The notes under the pieces are model-generated. The model did not search any database. It had not been told where the DNA came from and saw only the letters and a program-made list of their open reading frames with translations. A stretch of 64,000 nucleotides of DNA from Methylophilaceae bacterium. GTDB taxonomy: Bacteria; Pseudomonadota; Gammaproteobacteria; Burkholderiales; Methylophilaceae. This document shows positions 1 to 9,470 of the stretch, piece by piece. Location of the stretch: NCBI GenBank assembly GCA_006844635.1, contig SPJO01000124.1, forward strand, positions 13,655 through 77,654. Reading direction: 5' to 3'. Numbering within the stretch: the stretch's first letter is position 1; each line of letters opens with the position of its first letter. Made by a program: the position numbers and the translations under genes.

Positions 1-148
1 AAAACATGACTGTCTACATTGTTTCATTGTCAGGCGGTGCTTTAATGGCTAACTTTGTATCGGTTATTTTGCTTATTTCAGAAACGATTACCCAACGCCG
101 TTAAGATAAATAAGCCGGTGACTGCTACAACAAACGCTAATCGCAAAC

Positions 149-1843
149 ATGAATAGCATTCTCTTTATGATTCTGCGCCGTTTAAGGCGCCCGCTTATCC
201 TCATCATTGTGAGTTTTGCCGTCGCAACACTGGGCTTAACACTAATGCCAGGCATCGACGACAAAGGTCAAGTCTGGCATATGAGCATCTTCCAAGCTTT
301 TTATGTCATTAGTTATACCGCTAGCACCATTGGCTTTGGTGAAGTACCTTATCCATTTAGTCAGGCACAACGCCTATGGATGACATTCTCTATTTACCTA
401 ACCGTCATTCCTTGGTTCTATGCAGTCGGTAAAATCGTGACATTACTACAAGATGTCAGTTTGCGCGAAGCATTAACAGCAGAACGGTTTGCTAAAAGCG
501 TCCGACAACTACAAGAACCATTTTTCATCTTGTGTAGCTATGGGCAATCTGCAAGCCTGCTGGCAAAAATATTAGATGACAAAAACATGCGCGTCGTGAT
601 TGTTGAAAAAAACCAAGACCGCTTAAATGACCTCGCGCTCAGCGACAAACGAAACACCATTTTAAGCTTATGTGCGGATGCAAAATTACCAGAAAACCTA
701 ATTCGCGCTGGCATCAACAACCCCTACTGTAGCGCTGTCGTCACCTTAACTGATAACGATGATGTTAACCTCGCAGTCGCGGTTTCTGTAAAGTTAATGA
801 AACCAAACTTAAAGGTGATTGCCAGAGCTGAACGCGCTGATATTGCCGCCAACATGGCATCGTTTAGAACCGACCATATCATCAATCCATATGAGTTGTT
901 TGGCGATCAACTCGCGATGCGTGTCCATGCATTAGGCACTTACATCCTACACCAGTGGTTAACTGGCATCCCGGGTGACACACTGCCACCACCGGAGAAC
1001 CCACCAAGAGGTAACTGGGTTGTTTGCGGTTATGGTCGCTTTGGTAAATCTGTTGTCGAAAACTTAGAGCGTGAAAACTTAACAACCACGATTATCGAAG
1101 CCATGCCTGACTTGACTGAATGTGCAACTTGCGTTGTTGGCAGCGGCACAGAAGCCAAAACATTATTAGAAGCTGACATCGAGAATGCATGTGGCATTGT
1201 CGCAGGAACGGACAACGATATTAACAACCTATCGATTGTCATGACAGCGAAAGAATTAAACCCCAATTTATTCTTGATTATTCGTAAGAATAATCGCAGC
1301 AATAGTGCACTATTCAAGAAGTTCAGAGCTGATATCACGATGCAGCCAACGGATATTATTGCGCACGAATGTCTAGCGCATATGCTCACACCACTCTTAG
1401 CAGAGTTTCTGACCTTAGTCCGCAACCAAGACAATCAGTGGGCTAACAACCTCATTACTCAGCTGGTAGACATTGTCGGCGAGACGGTACCAGAAACCTG
1501 GGATATCACCATTGATGACAAAAAAGCCACAGCAATTAGTGAATATATTGATACTGGCATGATTGTTAAAATAGAAAACTTATTGCTTGACCCTGCAAAT
1601 CGCGAAAAAGAGCTAGCGTTGGTACCATTACTACTATTTAGAGATGGTAATGCTATGCTAGTGCCTGAACTAGATACGCCAGTCATTATGGGCGACCGTA
1701 TCTTGTTCTGTGGTACCTATGATGCCAAAGCGGCCATGAGCAGCTACCTTAACAATAGCAAATCATTTAATTACATTATGAATGGCCTAGAAGTGCCAGA
1801 TAGCTTTGTTTGGCGCTTAGTGAAAAGCCTAACAGCATCCTAA
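149..1843 (+). CDS. Pore-loop cation (K+-type) channel: 2-TM pore module fused to two RCK/TrkA-N-like domains
   Basis: 564-aa ATG ORF. The N-terminus has TM1, a pore loop and TM2 with the filter-like sequence 'YTASTIGFGEVP'. Two Rossmann-type glycine motifs ('FILCSYGQSA', 'WVVCGYGRFGKS') are typical of RCK/TrkA-N domains. Confidence 0.8.
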   Translation: MNSILFMILRRLRRPLILIIVSFAVATLGLTLMPGIDDKGQVWHMSIFQAFYVISYTASTIGFGEVPYPFSQAQRLWMTFSIYLTVIPWFYAVGKIVTLLQDVSLREALTAERFAKSVRQLQEPFFILCSYGQSASLLAKILDDKNMRVVIVEKNQDRLNDLALSDKRNTILSLCADAKLPENLIRAGINNPYCSAVVTLTDNDDVNLAVAVSVKLMKPNLKVIARAERADIAANMASFRTDHIINPYELFGDQLAMRVHALGTYILHQWLTGIPGDTLPPPENPPRGNWVVCGYGRFGKSVVENLERENLTTTIIEAMPDLTECATCVVGSGTEAKTLLEADIENACGIVAGTDNDINNLSIVMTAKELNPNLFLIIRKNNRSNSALFKKFRADITMQPTDIIAHECLAHMLTPLLAEFLTLVRNQDNQWANNLITQLVDIVGETVPETWDITIDDKKATAISEYIDTGMIVKIENLLLDPANREKELALVPLLLFRDGNAMLVPELDTPVIMGDRILFCGTYDAKAAMSSYLNNSKSFNYIMNGLEVPDSFVWRLVKSLTAS

Positions 1844-1852
1844 CGCCACCAC

Positions 1853-3721
1853 TTACTGGCCTCGCATAAACATTTTATCTAAGTCTGCCATACTCACTTG
1901 GAACCAAGTGGGCCGCCCATGATTACATTGTCCCGAACGCTCGGTTGCTTCCATATCTCTTAATAAAGCATTCATTTCTGGAATGGTTAGGCTGCGGTTC
2001 GCCCGCACAGCTGCATGACAGGCCATCGTACCTAACAACGCATTACGCTGGTCCGTCAGCACACGGCTCGCACCATATTCACTCAACTCACGCAAGACAT
2101 CGCGTGCAAGTGAAACGGCATCTGCCTTCTGCAATAAAGTTGGCACGGCACGTACTGCGAGTGTCGAAGGTGATAGTACAGCGATATCAAATCCCAGCTG
2201 CGTTAATGTGTCTTCCCCATTGACCAAAGCTTCATTCACAGTAGCCACCTCTAAGCGGTCCGCATTAAAGCTTACGGGTATTAACAACGGCTGCATGGGC
2301 ACTGCTTGGCTATCAAGCGCTTGCTTTAAACGCTCATACATAATGCGTTCATGTGCAGCATGCATATCAACCACCACCAGCCCTTGTGCATTTTGTGCCA
2401 ACACATAAACACCATGAAGCTGTGCCAAAGCAAACCCGAGAGGATGGCTTTCCGCATCATCTGTCTCCATTGTTTGGTGGTTGGCGGCCATGTCACCGCT
2501 CGATGCAGTTGCGCCCACAGACAAGTTGTTATTTGCAATTGCATCGCTTGTGGCATAACCGGTCTGCTGAGGTGGTTGCTGATTCGCACCGTCGTACAAT
2601 TTTTGATAAAAGTCTGGTGTCTGATTGGCCGAAAGTGGCATCTGTGACTGATATTTCGGGTAATTGGCGTGACCTTCGGCTGTAAAAGGGTTGTGCTGTG
2701 CCTGACCTGCAGTGACCGCATTCGATTCACCCGTGGGAATCGCCAGTACTTTATTCAAAGCATGGAAGATAAACTGGTGAATTGCCTGACTATCCCGAAA
2801 GCGTACTTCTGTTTTCGCTGGGTGCACATTAACATCGACTAGAGTAGGATCAAGCTCTAAAAACAGCACAAATGCAGGATGTCGGTCATGGTGCATCACA
2901 TCTTGATAAGCTTGTCGAATCGCATGTGCAATCAGCTTATCTCGCACGAAACGGCCATTGACATAGACATATTGCGTATCACGACGGTGACGATTATAAG
3001 TCGGCTTCGCCGCCACACCCCATAACCGCAAATTTGCAGCAGTTTCATCGACAGCTACTGTTTCTGCGGCAAACTCAGCCCCTAAGACTTCTTTGAAACG
3101 TTTGTTTGGCTCGGAAGCTGCATAACGACTAATGGTTTTGCCATTATGACTTAAACTCAACGCAACATCTGGTCGAGATAAAGCAACACGAGTATACGCC
3201 TCCTCACAGTGGCCAAACTCTGTGGCCTCTTTTTTGAGGAATTTACGGCGTGCTGGCGTGTTGAAATATAAGTCGTTGACCTCAACAACCGTACCTTCAT
3301 CTAAGGCTGTTGGTTCTATTGCTGAGAGTTCACTACCATTAGAATAAATTAACCACGCATGTTTTGCACTTTGCTCACGGCTTAACACTTGCGCCCGAGA
3401 TATCGATGCAATACTTGCTAATGCTTCGCCTCTAAAACCTAAACTCGCGACGGATTCCAAACCAGCTAGGCTATCAATTTTACTCGTTGCATGTCGTGTT
3501 AACGAGAGCGCTAAATCATCTTTACCAACCCCAACACCATTATCCGCCACCCTTAGCTGCTTGATACCGCCTTGCATCAAGCTCACTTTAATATCGCTAC
3601 TCTTTGCATCTAAACTATTTTCTAGTAGCTCTTTTAAAGCAGATGCAGGTCGCTCAACGACCTCCCCTGCGGCAATTTGGCTAATCAGCTGGTCTGATAA
3701 TACTTTAATGCGTGAAACCAT
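1853..3721 (-). CDS. mutL: DNA mismatch repair protein MutL
   Basis: 622-aa ATG ORF. It has the GHKL ATPase N-terminus 'QIAAGEVVERPASALKELLENSLDA', a long disordered Q/N/A-rich linker and a conserved C-terminal dimerisation domain. It lies downstream of tsaE and the amidase, as in E. coli. Confidence 0.95.
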   Translation of the reverse strand: MVSRIKVLSDQLISQIAAGEVVERPASALKELLENSLDAKSSDIKVSLMQGGIKQLRVADNGVGVGKDDLALSLTRHATSKIDSLAGLESVASLGFRGEALASIASISRAQVLSREQSAKHAWLIYSNGSELSAIEPTALDEGTVVEVNDLYFNTPARRKFLKKEATEFGHCEEAYTRVALSRPDVALSLSHNGKTISRYAASEPNKRFKEVLGAEFAAETVAVDETAANLRLWGVAAKPTYNRHRRDTQYVYVNGRFVRDKLIAHAIRQAYQDVMHHDRHPAFVLFLELDPTLVDVNVHPAKTEVRFRDSQAIHQFIFHALNKVLAIPTGESNAVTAGQAQHNPFTAEGHANYPKYQSQMPLSANQTPDFYQKLYDGANQQPPQQTGYATSDAIANNNLSVGATASSGDMAANHQTMETDDAESHPLGFALAQLHGVYVLAQNAQGLVVVDMHAAHERIMYERLKQALDSQAVPMQPLLIPVSFNADRLEVATVNEALVNGEDTLTQLGFDIAVLSPSTLAVRAVPTLLQKADAVSLARDVLRELSEYGASRVLTDQRNALLGTMACHAAVRANRSLTIPEMNALLRDMEATERSGQCNHGRPTWFQVSMADLDKMFMRGQ

Positions 3722-3762
3722 AATCCTAAAGGTTTTTCCTCGTCAATCTGAATATGCCTTTA

Positions 3763-4965
3763 TTAGGCATTAGGTACAGTAACAATGCAATTGCGCCCAG
3801 CTTCTTTTGCTTCGTACAATGCTTTATCTGCACGTGCAATGGTTCTATCTGCAGAGTCATGAATTTCATGCTGTGCAATCCCAAATGAAGCCGTTACTTT
3901 CAGTGATTCATTGTCGACAACATGTTCATGTTTTTCTAGTGCAAGGCGAAGCCGCTCAACAAGGATCTGCGCCGCTTCTAAATCGGTCATAGGTAAGAAT
4001 AGTAAAAACTCTTCTCCACCATACCGGGCAACAATATCGCCTTGTCTCACCCCGTTGGATAAAAGCTGCGAAACCGCTTTCAGCACTTCATCTCCCGCCA
4101 CATGGCCGTAGTTATCATTAACATCTTTAAAATGATCAATATCCAGCAATACAAAGCAACAGTCCAACTGGTAGCGACGCACTTCAGGCAGCTTCTCTTC
4201 GATTCTTTCAAGGATATAGCGACGATTAAATAGCCCTGTTAATACATCATTAGCCGCCAACATTTTCAACTGTTCCTGTGTGTCTTGTAGTTCTAAGTTC
4301 CTTTTAATAAAACTTTCATTCGTTTTTGCCAGTTTATCGTTTAATGTTCTTAATTCTTCAACATAGCCGACATTCAACAAACGGTACTCTACCTGGCTGC
4401 GTACATGCTGACTCATGAGCCAACCAAACATCAACGTGACAGTGATGAGGCCAAATAAACCAAAAAACCACCAAGCAAATGTCTCAAAATTGGCAAACAA
4501 ATACCATGCGCTTACACAGGTCACACTAACAATAAAGGCCACCAAGCCCTTAAAAGAAGGTGCCTTCGAGGCCGCTGAAAGTGCAATAACAACCGCCACT
4601 ACTGATGCTACACGATAAGAACCTGCTTCAGCATCAAAAGGCGCCGCTAGGATGAAAAAAGCAGACCCCCAAGCTAAACCACTCAGGATATGTAAGAAGT
4701 GTTGCCTGCGTCTAAAAAACTTGATTTGATAACTTGGCAAATCATGATTGAATTGAAATGAAGTGTAAATAATGTAGATATTAATAAAAAAGATACACAA
4801 TATCCAAGCAATGATATTTTCTCTCGCTGCAACAAGATAAAAACTAGCAGCAAGATATAAAGCCAATATCAGTGAGCAATAAACAGCAATGCGTGACTGC
4901 TGTAAATAGATTTCGAGTAAGCCAAAGTCAATGGCATCCTGCATATTAAGCTTATTGATATTCAC
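3763..4965 (-). CDS. Membrane-anchored diguanylate cyclase (GGDEF domain)
   Basis: 400-aa ORF with a multi-TM N-terminal half, a coiled-coil linker and a GGDEF domain. The active-site motif is 'RYGGEEF' and an RxxD I-site ('RQGD') sits 5 residues upstream. The longest ORF starts at GTG 4965 and the first ATG is at 4944, so the start is uncertain. Confidence 0.85.
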   Translation of the reverse strand: MNINKLNMQDAIDFGLLEIYLQQSRIAVYCSLILALYLAASFYLVAARENIIAWILCIFFINIYIIYTSFQFNHDLPSYQIKFFRRRQHFLHILSGLAWGSAFFILAAPFDAEAGSYRVASVVAVVIALSAASKAPSFKGLVAFIVSVTCVSAWYLFANFETFAWWFFGLFGLITVTLMFGWLMSQHVRSQVEYRLLNVGYVEELRTLNDKLAKTNESFIKRNLELQDTQEQLKMLAANDVLTGLFNRRYILERIEEKLPEVRRYQLDCCFVLLDIDHFKDVNDNYGHVAGDEVLKAVSQLLSNGVRQGDIVARYGGEEFLLFLPMTDLEAAQILVERLRLALEKHEHVVDNESLKVTASFGIAQHEIHDSADRTIARADKALYEAKEAGRNCIVTVPNA

Positions 4966-4968
4966 GCC

Positions 4969-6219
4969 CTAACGCCCGCCCGTATCTACTCGTGCTAACG
5001 CAGGGTTTGCCGCAAAATATTTCTTAACGCCAAGTAAAATAGACTTAGCCAATTTTGTTTGGTGGCGACTATTGTTTAGTTTTTTCTCTTCCTGTGGATT
5101 ACTAATAAATGCTGTTTCTACCAGAATAGACGGAATATCTGATCGCAACACAGCAAACCCCGCTTGCTCCACATGTTTTTTATGCAATCTATTTACTTTA
5201 CCAACATGACCTAGTACTGCTTTACCCAACTTCAAACTATCATTAATGGTCGCAGCTAGTGTTAAATCGATTAGTGTTTTCGTGAGTAGTGGGTCTTTAT
5301 TTTTCAAGCTAACACCACCAATAAGATCAGACTGGTTTTCTTTTTTCGCCAAATAACGTGCCGTCCTACTAGAAGCGCGACCTTCAGACAACACGAATAC
5401 TGATGAGCCACGTGCTGATGATTTGGTGAATGAATCAGCATGAATCGAAATAAATAAATCAGCCTTCATCTTACGTGCTTTGATGACCCGTCGTCCTAAA
5501 GGCACAAAATAATCTCCATTACGGATCAACACACCGCGCATATTAGGTTCTGCATCAATCTGTTTTTTTAATTTTTTAGCAATTGCCAAAGTAATATGTT
5601 TTTCACGACTGACCTTACCTATCGCCCCTGGATCTTCACCACCATGCCCCGCATCAATTGCAACTGTGATGACACGCTTTTTCTTTGGCTTGGTCTTTTT
5701 AACTACTTGTTCCGGTTTATCTTTAGTGGCTGGCGGTATAACAGCTGGTTTAGCTTGTTTACCTTCACCATATTCAAGGTCCTTAAGCATTGCCATTAAT
5801 GGGTCTTTTAGTGGAATAATGTCTAGTACTAATCGGTGCTTATACTCCCCCGCTGGCTTTAAGGTGAACACGTTGAAATTCACAGTTTGTTTTAAATCAA
5901 CAACAACACGCACAACATTCGCTTGATAAGCAGCGATACGTACTTTCTCAATATAAGGGTCTTCCGCCGCCACCTTCGCAGAAAGCGCATTCAATACGCT
6001 ATTCAACCTAATATCCTCAATATCTAAAACGATACGCTCGGGATTCTTCAGCGTGAAGGTTTGGTATTTCAATGGTTGCCCAGACTCAAAAGTCACTCTT
6101 GTATAGTCCTCAGCAGGCCAAACACGCGTTGCGGTGACTTCAGCAGTGGATTGCGTTGCAGCACTCGCACTTAGGGCGATTAACAATAATACAAATTTTA
6201 GAAAAAATGACTTAACCAT
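4969..6219 (-). CDS. N-acetylmuramoyl-L-alanine amidase (AmiB/AmiC type, AMIN domain plus Amidase_3)
   Basis: 416-aa ATG ORF with signal peptide 'FVLLLIALSASAA'. It has an N-terminal AMIN-like domain, a K/P-rich linker and a catalytic domain ('VITVAIDAGHGGEDPGA', 'ISIHADS', 'LVETAFISN'). Its position between tsaE and mutL matches E. coli amiB. Confidence 0.9.
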   Translation of the reverse strand: MVKSFFLKFVLLLIALSASAATQSTAEVTATRVWPAEDYTRVTFESGQPLKYQTFTLKNPERIVLDIEDIRLNSVLNALSAKVAAEDPYIEKVRIAAYQANVVRVVVDLKQTVNFNVFTLKPAGEYKHRLVLDIIPLKDPLMAMLKDLEYGEGKQAKPAVIPPATKDKPEQVVKKTKPKKKRVITVAIDAGHGGEDPGAIGKVSREKHITLAIAKKLKKQIDAEPNMRGVLIRNGDYFVPLGRRVIKARKMKADLFISIHADSFTKSSARGSSVFVLSEGRASSRTARYLAKKENQSDLIGGVSLKNKDPLLTKTLIDLTLAATINDSLKLGKAVLGHVGKVNRLHKKHVEQAGFAVLRSDIPSILVETAFISNPQEEKKLNNSRHQTKLAKSILLGVKKYFAANPALARVDTGGR

Positions 6220-6233
6220 ACATCCTTACACAA

Positions 6234-6674
6234 TTAATAACGCAGCACTGTTAATGTGCGCCCATCTGCTTGTTCACTATTATTCAATAAACTTAATTTA
6301 ACATCAAAACTCGGTGTTGGCAGAATACGTTCAGCTTTTTCTGGCCACTCAACAAGACAAACGCTGTCTTCATTAAAATACTCATTAAAACCCGCCGCAT
6401 ACCATTCATCCTCATCTATAAATCTATATAAATCAAAATGATAAAGATTAAATCTCGAAACCACATAAGGTTCTACTAATGTATACGTTGGGCTTTTCAC
6501 CTTACCTGCATGACCTAAGCCTTGCAACACACCACGCACAAACGTTGTTTTGCCAGCACCCAAGTCTCCGTGCATATAGACCACAGCGCCTGCATTTAGT
6601 TGTTTAGAAAATTCACGCCCAGCTTGTAAGGTTGCCGCTTCATCAGCTAATTCAAGTGTAAAATGCTTATCCAT
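6234..6674 (-). CDS. tsaE: tRNA threonylcarbamoyladenosine (t6A) biosynthesis ATPase TsaE
   Basis: P-loop 'GDLGAGKTTFVRG' and family-typical length. The ORF track extends to 6788, but the extra 38 residues have no TsaE-like sequence. I therefore use the ATG at 6674 ('MDKHFTLELAD...'), giving 147 aa. Confidence 0.85.
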   Translation of the reverse strand: MDKHFTLELADEAATLQAGREFSKQLNAGAVVYMHGDLGAGKTTFVRGVLQGLGHAGKVKSPTYTLVEPYVVSRFNLYHFDLYRFIDEDEWYAAGFNEYFNEDSVCLVEWPEKAERILPTPSFDVKLSLLNNSEQADGRTLTVLRY

Positions 6675-7749
6675 GACAGACAATACCCAAAATAGTAACG
6701 TTTTTACGGCACTTGCGGCCGACATTAAACGTTGGGGAAACGAGCTGGGTTTTGCTGACATTGGCATCACCGACGTCGATTTGTCCAAAGCGGAAGCAGC
6801 ACATCAAGAATGGGTGAAAAAAGGCTTTCATGGTGAGATGGATTATATGGCAAAACACGGCACTAAGCGAACACGTCCTACCGAATTGGTGCCAAATACA
6901 ATCCGCGTGATATCAGCCCGTTTAGATTACCTACCGCCTAAGGCAAAAGATAGCTGGCAAGTAATTGATGAAAGCAAACAAGCCTTTATTTCTCGCTATG
7001 CGCTTGGCCGCGACTATCATAAGGTCGTCCGTAAAAAGTTACAAAAACTATGCACACAAATACAAGAAGCCGTGCACGATGTTGAGTATCGTGTATTCAC
7101 CGATAGCGCACCAGTTCTAGAAGTAGCGCTGGCTGAGAAGTCAGGCCTAGGCTGGCGTGGGAAACACACGCTACTCATCAACAAAGATCATGGCTCTTGG
7201 TTTTTTTTGGGTGAAATTTACACAAACCTACCTTTACCCGTTGATACGCCAGCTAGTAATCATTGCGGCAGTTGCACTGCCTGTATCGACGTTTGCCCAA
7301 CAGCAGCCATTACCGCACCCTATGAAGTCGATGCTAGGCGTTGCATTTCTTATCTCACGATTGAACTAAAACATAGCATTCCAGTGGCATTTCGGCCTTT
7401 GATTGGTAACCGTGTTTATGGTTGTGATGATTGCCAGTTAACCTGCCCTTGGAATAAGTTTGCCGAAACTAGCCAAGAAGCAGATTTTCATGTTCGTCAC
7501 GGACTTGATGATATTAGCTTGGTTGACTGTATGAGTTGGTCGGAGGAAACGTTCAAACAAAAAATGGCTGGTAGTGCTATTTATCGTATCGGCTATGAGC
7601 AATGGCTACGCAATATCGCAGTAGGTCTCGGCAACGCACCGAGCAAGCCCGACGTGATTCAAGCGCTAAAAAAACGCAGAAACCAAGCCAGCACACTGGT
7701 CAAAGAACATATCGACTGGGCACTAGCACAACATCAAGCGTCTGCTTAA
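6673..7749 (+). CDS. queG: Epoxyqueuosine reductase QueG
   Basis: 358-aa ATG ORF with two 4Fe-4S cysteine clusters ('CGSCTACIDVCP', 'GCDDCQLTCPWN') and a C-terminal HEAT-like tail. It is divergent from the tsaE operon, as in E. coli (yjeS). Confidence 0.9.
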   Translation: MTDNTQNSNVFTALAADIKRWGNELGFADIGITDVDLSKAEAAHQEWVKKGFHGEMDYMAKHGTKRTRPTELVPNTIRVISARLDYLPPKAKDSWQVIDESKQAFISRYALGRDYHKVVRKKLQKLCTQIQEAVHDVEYRVFTDSAPVLEVALAEKSGLGWRGKHTLLINKDHGSWFFLGEIYTNLPLPVDTPASNHCGSCTACIDVCPTAAITAPYEVDARRCISYLTIELKHSIPVAFRPLIGNRVYGCDDCQLTCPWNKFAETSQEADFHVRHGLDDISLVDCMSWSEETFKQKMAGSAIYRIGYEQWLRNIAVGLGNAPSKPDVIQALKKRRNQASTLVKEHIDWALAQHQASA

Positions 7750-7757
7750 ATGAGTAG

Positions 7758-9470
7758 CTATGCCGCTTTCGCTTTTTGGACAAGCTGATTTCCAGCTACC
7801 CTAAACTGATTTCTACCACCCTCTTTCGCTATGTAAAGTGCCTCATCAGCTGCTTTAATGAGCTCTGATTGCGTTTTGCCATGTTGAGGGTACATCGCAA
7901 TACCCATCGAGATGGTAATTTGCCCCAAAGACTGGCTATGTAGTTGCAATTCTAAATCACGTGTCGCTTCTAACAGCACCTGCGCTCGTTTCGCCGCTGA
8001 TTGTTGATCAATTTCGTTCAGCACTAAAGTAAACTCTTCACCACCATACCGACAACTAATATCTTCACCGCGCACCATACTCGCGAGTAAATGACCAAAC
8101 TTTTTAATCACATAATCTCCAGCGTCATGCCCGTAGGTATCATTGAACACTTTAAAATGGTCAATATCAATCATCATAACGGCCATCTCACTCTTCTTAC
8201 GTTCTGCACGAGTCAACTCTCGTGAGAAAGAGTCGTCCAGATAGCGTCTGTTATATAGCGTCGTTAATGGGTCACGAATCGCTTGCTGTTCTAATTTCAC
8301 TCTTAAATTCAGATTAGAAATTGTGAGGCAAAGTTGCTCAGTAATCGTATAAATCTTATTTTGGAAAGAACTGCTATTAAAGGTTTCTTCGTTGGCCCCA
8401 ATATGTAACGCGCCAAGCGAAACACCTTGTGATTGCAATAATACACACTGAACGGCATCTCCATCTTCAATATCTAAATGGTTGCAGCTAATCTCCATGC
8501 CATGGTTTTTAGACAGGTGCACCCCACCTCGCCGGAAACCCCAACAATCTCTTGGCTGGAAACGTTCATCCCCTGGCCATGTAGCTCCCCAAGTAGCAAT
8601 CACCTCAATCGTATCTAAGGAAGGGGGAGAAACTGCCAGCGCACCAAAGGTATGCTCGCCAAATAAATGGCCACACATACTTGAAATAATACCGACTAAT
8701 TCATCGCGGGATTCACATGTCGTCAACGCTTGACTAAACTTCTGAATCAATTCACTATTTTCAGACTGTTTATTCAAGCAATCTAATGTTTTCTGTTGCT
8801 CACCAAGCAATTGACGCTCTCGTTTAATATGCTGATAAACGTAGTAGTTAACACCTAAAAAAACGACGAACACTACAAAGATGATCCGCATGAGTTCATC
8901 ATGCAATATAGCCAAATCTTTATCAAAAATAGATGTTGGTGTGGCAATCCGGATATAGCCAGAAAAGTTATCTCCCTCGTAACGTTTTGCAACATACATT
9001 AATTCTTTATCAATTGTGCTGCTGTGCCGAATAGACTGCCCTGCTTTGAACAAAGTCGCACTAAGGACTTCAGGCCGATCAGCATGCGTCTCCATGGTAT
9101 GCACCTCGCTCACACCCAACCATGAATCCGCTAGGACTTTTCCAGCGTCACTTATCACCGTAATTCGGAAATCCTGATTCCCGCCAATACCACTGATAAA
9201 TTGATTGACACTGACTGGCGTAGGTTTAATCGCTAGTTTTTCTAGTGTATGTGCAATGGTGTCCGCCTGAGCGCTTAAGTCTTTAATCTCAAGCTCGTGC
9301 ATCCACCCTTCTGTTTGCTGCTCTAAGTAACTGGTAAATGAAAGAAGCACCGCAACAGAGCATAGGAAAACAGCCGTTAGAATGCTAATTTGCTTATACT
9401 TATTAAGTAGGCTCCAAATACTGTTAAGCTTCAACAGTTTCAAGCTATTTTTTTTATTTTGTAATGTCAT
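7758..9470 (-). CDS. Sensor diguanylate cyclase (TM - periplasmic domain - TM - GAF-like domain - GGDEF)
   Basis: GGDEF domain with 'RYGGEEF' and I-site 'RGED'. A GAF-like segment precedes it and two TM helices bracket a ~170-aa extracytoplasmic domain. The ORF track starts at TTG 9479. The first ATG is at 9470 ('MTLQNKK...'). Confidence 0.85.
   Translation of the reverse strand: MTLQNKKNSLKLLKLNSIWSLLNKYKQISILTAVFLCSVAVLLSFTSYLEQQTEGWMHELEIKDLSAQADTIAHTLEKLAIKPTPVSVNQFISGIGGNQDFRITVISDAGKVLADSWLGVSEVHTMETHADRPEVLSATLFKAGQSIRHSSTIDKELMYVAKRYEGDNFSGYIRIATPTSIFDKDLAILHDELMRIIFVVFVVFLGVNYYVYQHIKRERQLLGEQQKTLDCLNKQSENSELIQKFSQALTTCESRDELVGIISSMCGHLFGEHTFGALAVSPPSLDTIEVIATWGATWPGDERFQPRDCWGFRRGGVHLSKNHGMEISCNHLDIEDGDAVQCVLLQSQGVSLGALHIGANEETFNSSSFQNKIYTITEQLCLTISNLNLRVKLEQQAIRDPLTTLYNRRYLDDSFSRELTRAERKKSEMAVMMIDIDHFKVFNDTYGHDAGDYVIKKFGHLLASMVRGEDISCRYGGEEFTLVLNEIDQQSAAKRAQVLLEATRDLELQLHSQSLGQITISMGIAMYPQHGKTQSELIKAADEALYIAKEGGRNQFRVAGNQLVQKAKAA

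Noticed and set aside
1-104. Open frame from the left window edge to TAA at 102-104 (hydrophobic '...VSLSGGALMANFVSVILLISETITQRR')
   Set aside because: It may be the 3' end of a truncated membrane-protein gene, but about 33 codons with no motif is too little to support a feature call.
1945-2730. Several 66-134-aa ORFs overlapping mutL on both strands
   Set aside because: They fall in the disordered linker and C-terminal part of an intact mutL. They have no motifs and an atypical composition (Cys/His/Trp-rich).
6675-6858. 38-aa N-terminal extension of tsaE and a 63-aa minus-strand ORF
   Set aside because: The extension has no TsaE similarity and runs deep into queG. The shorter 147-aa product matches family length.
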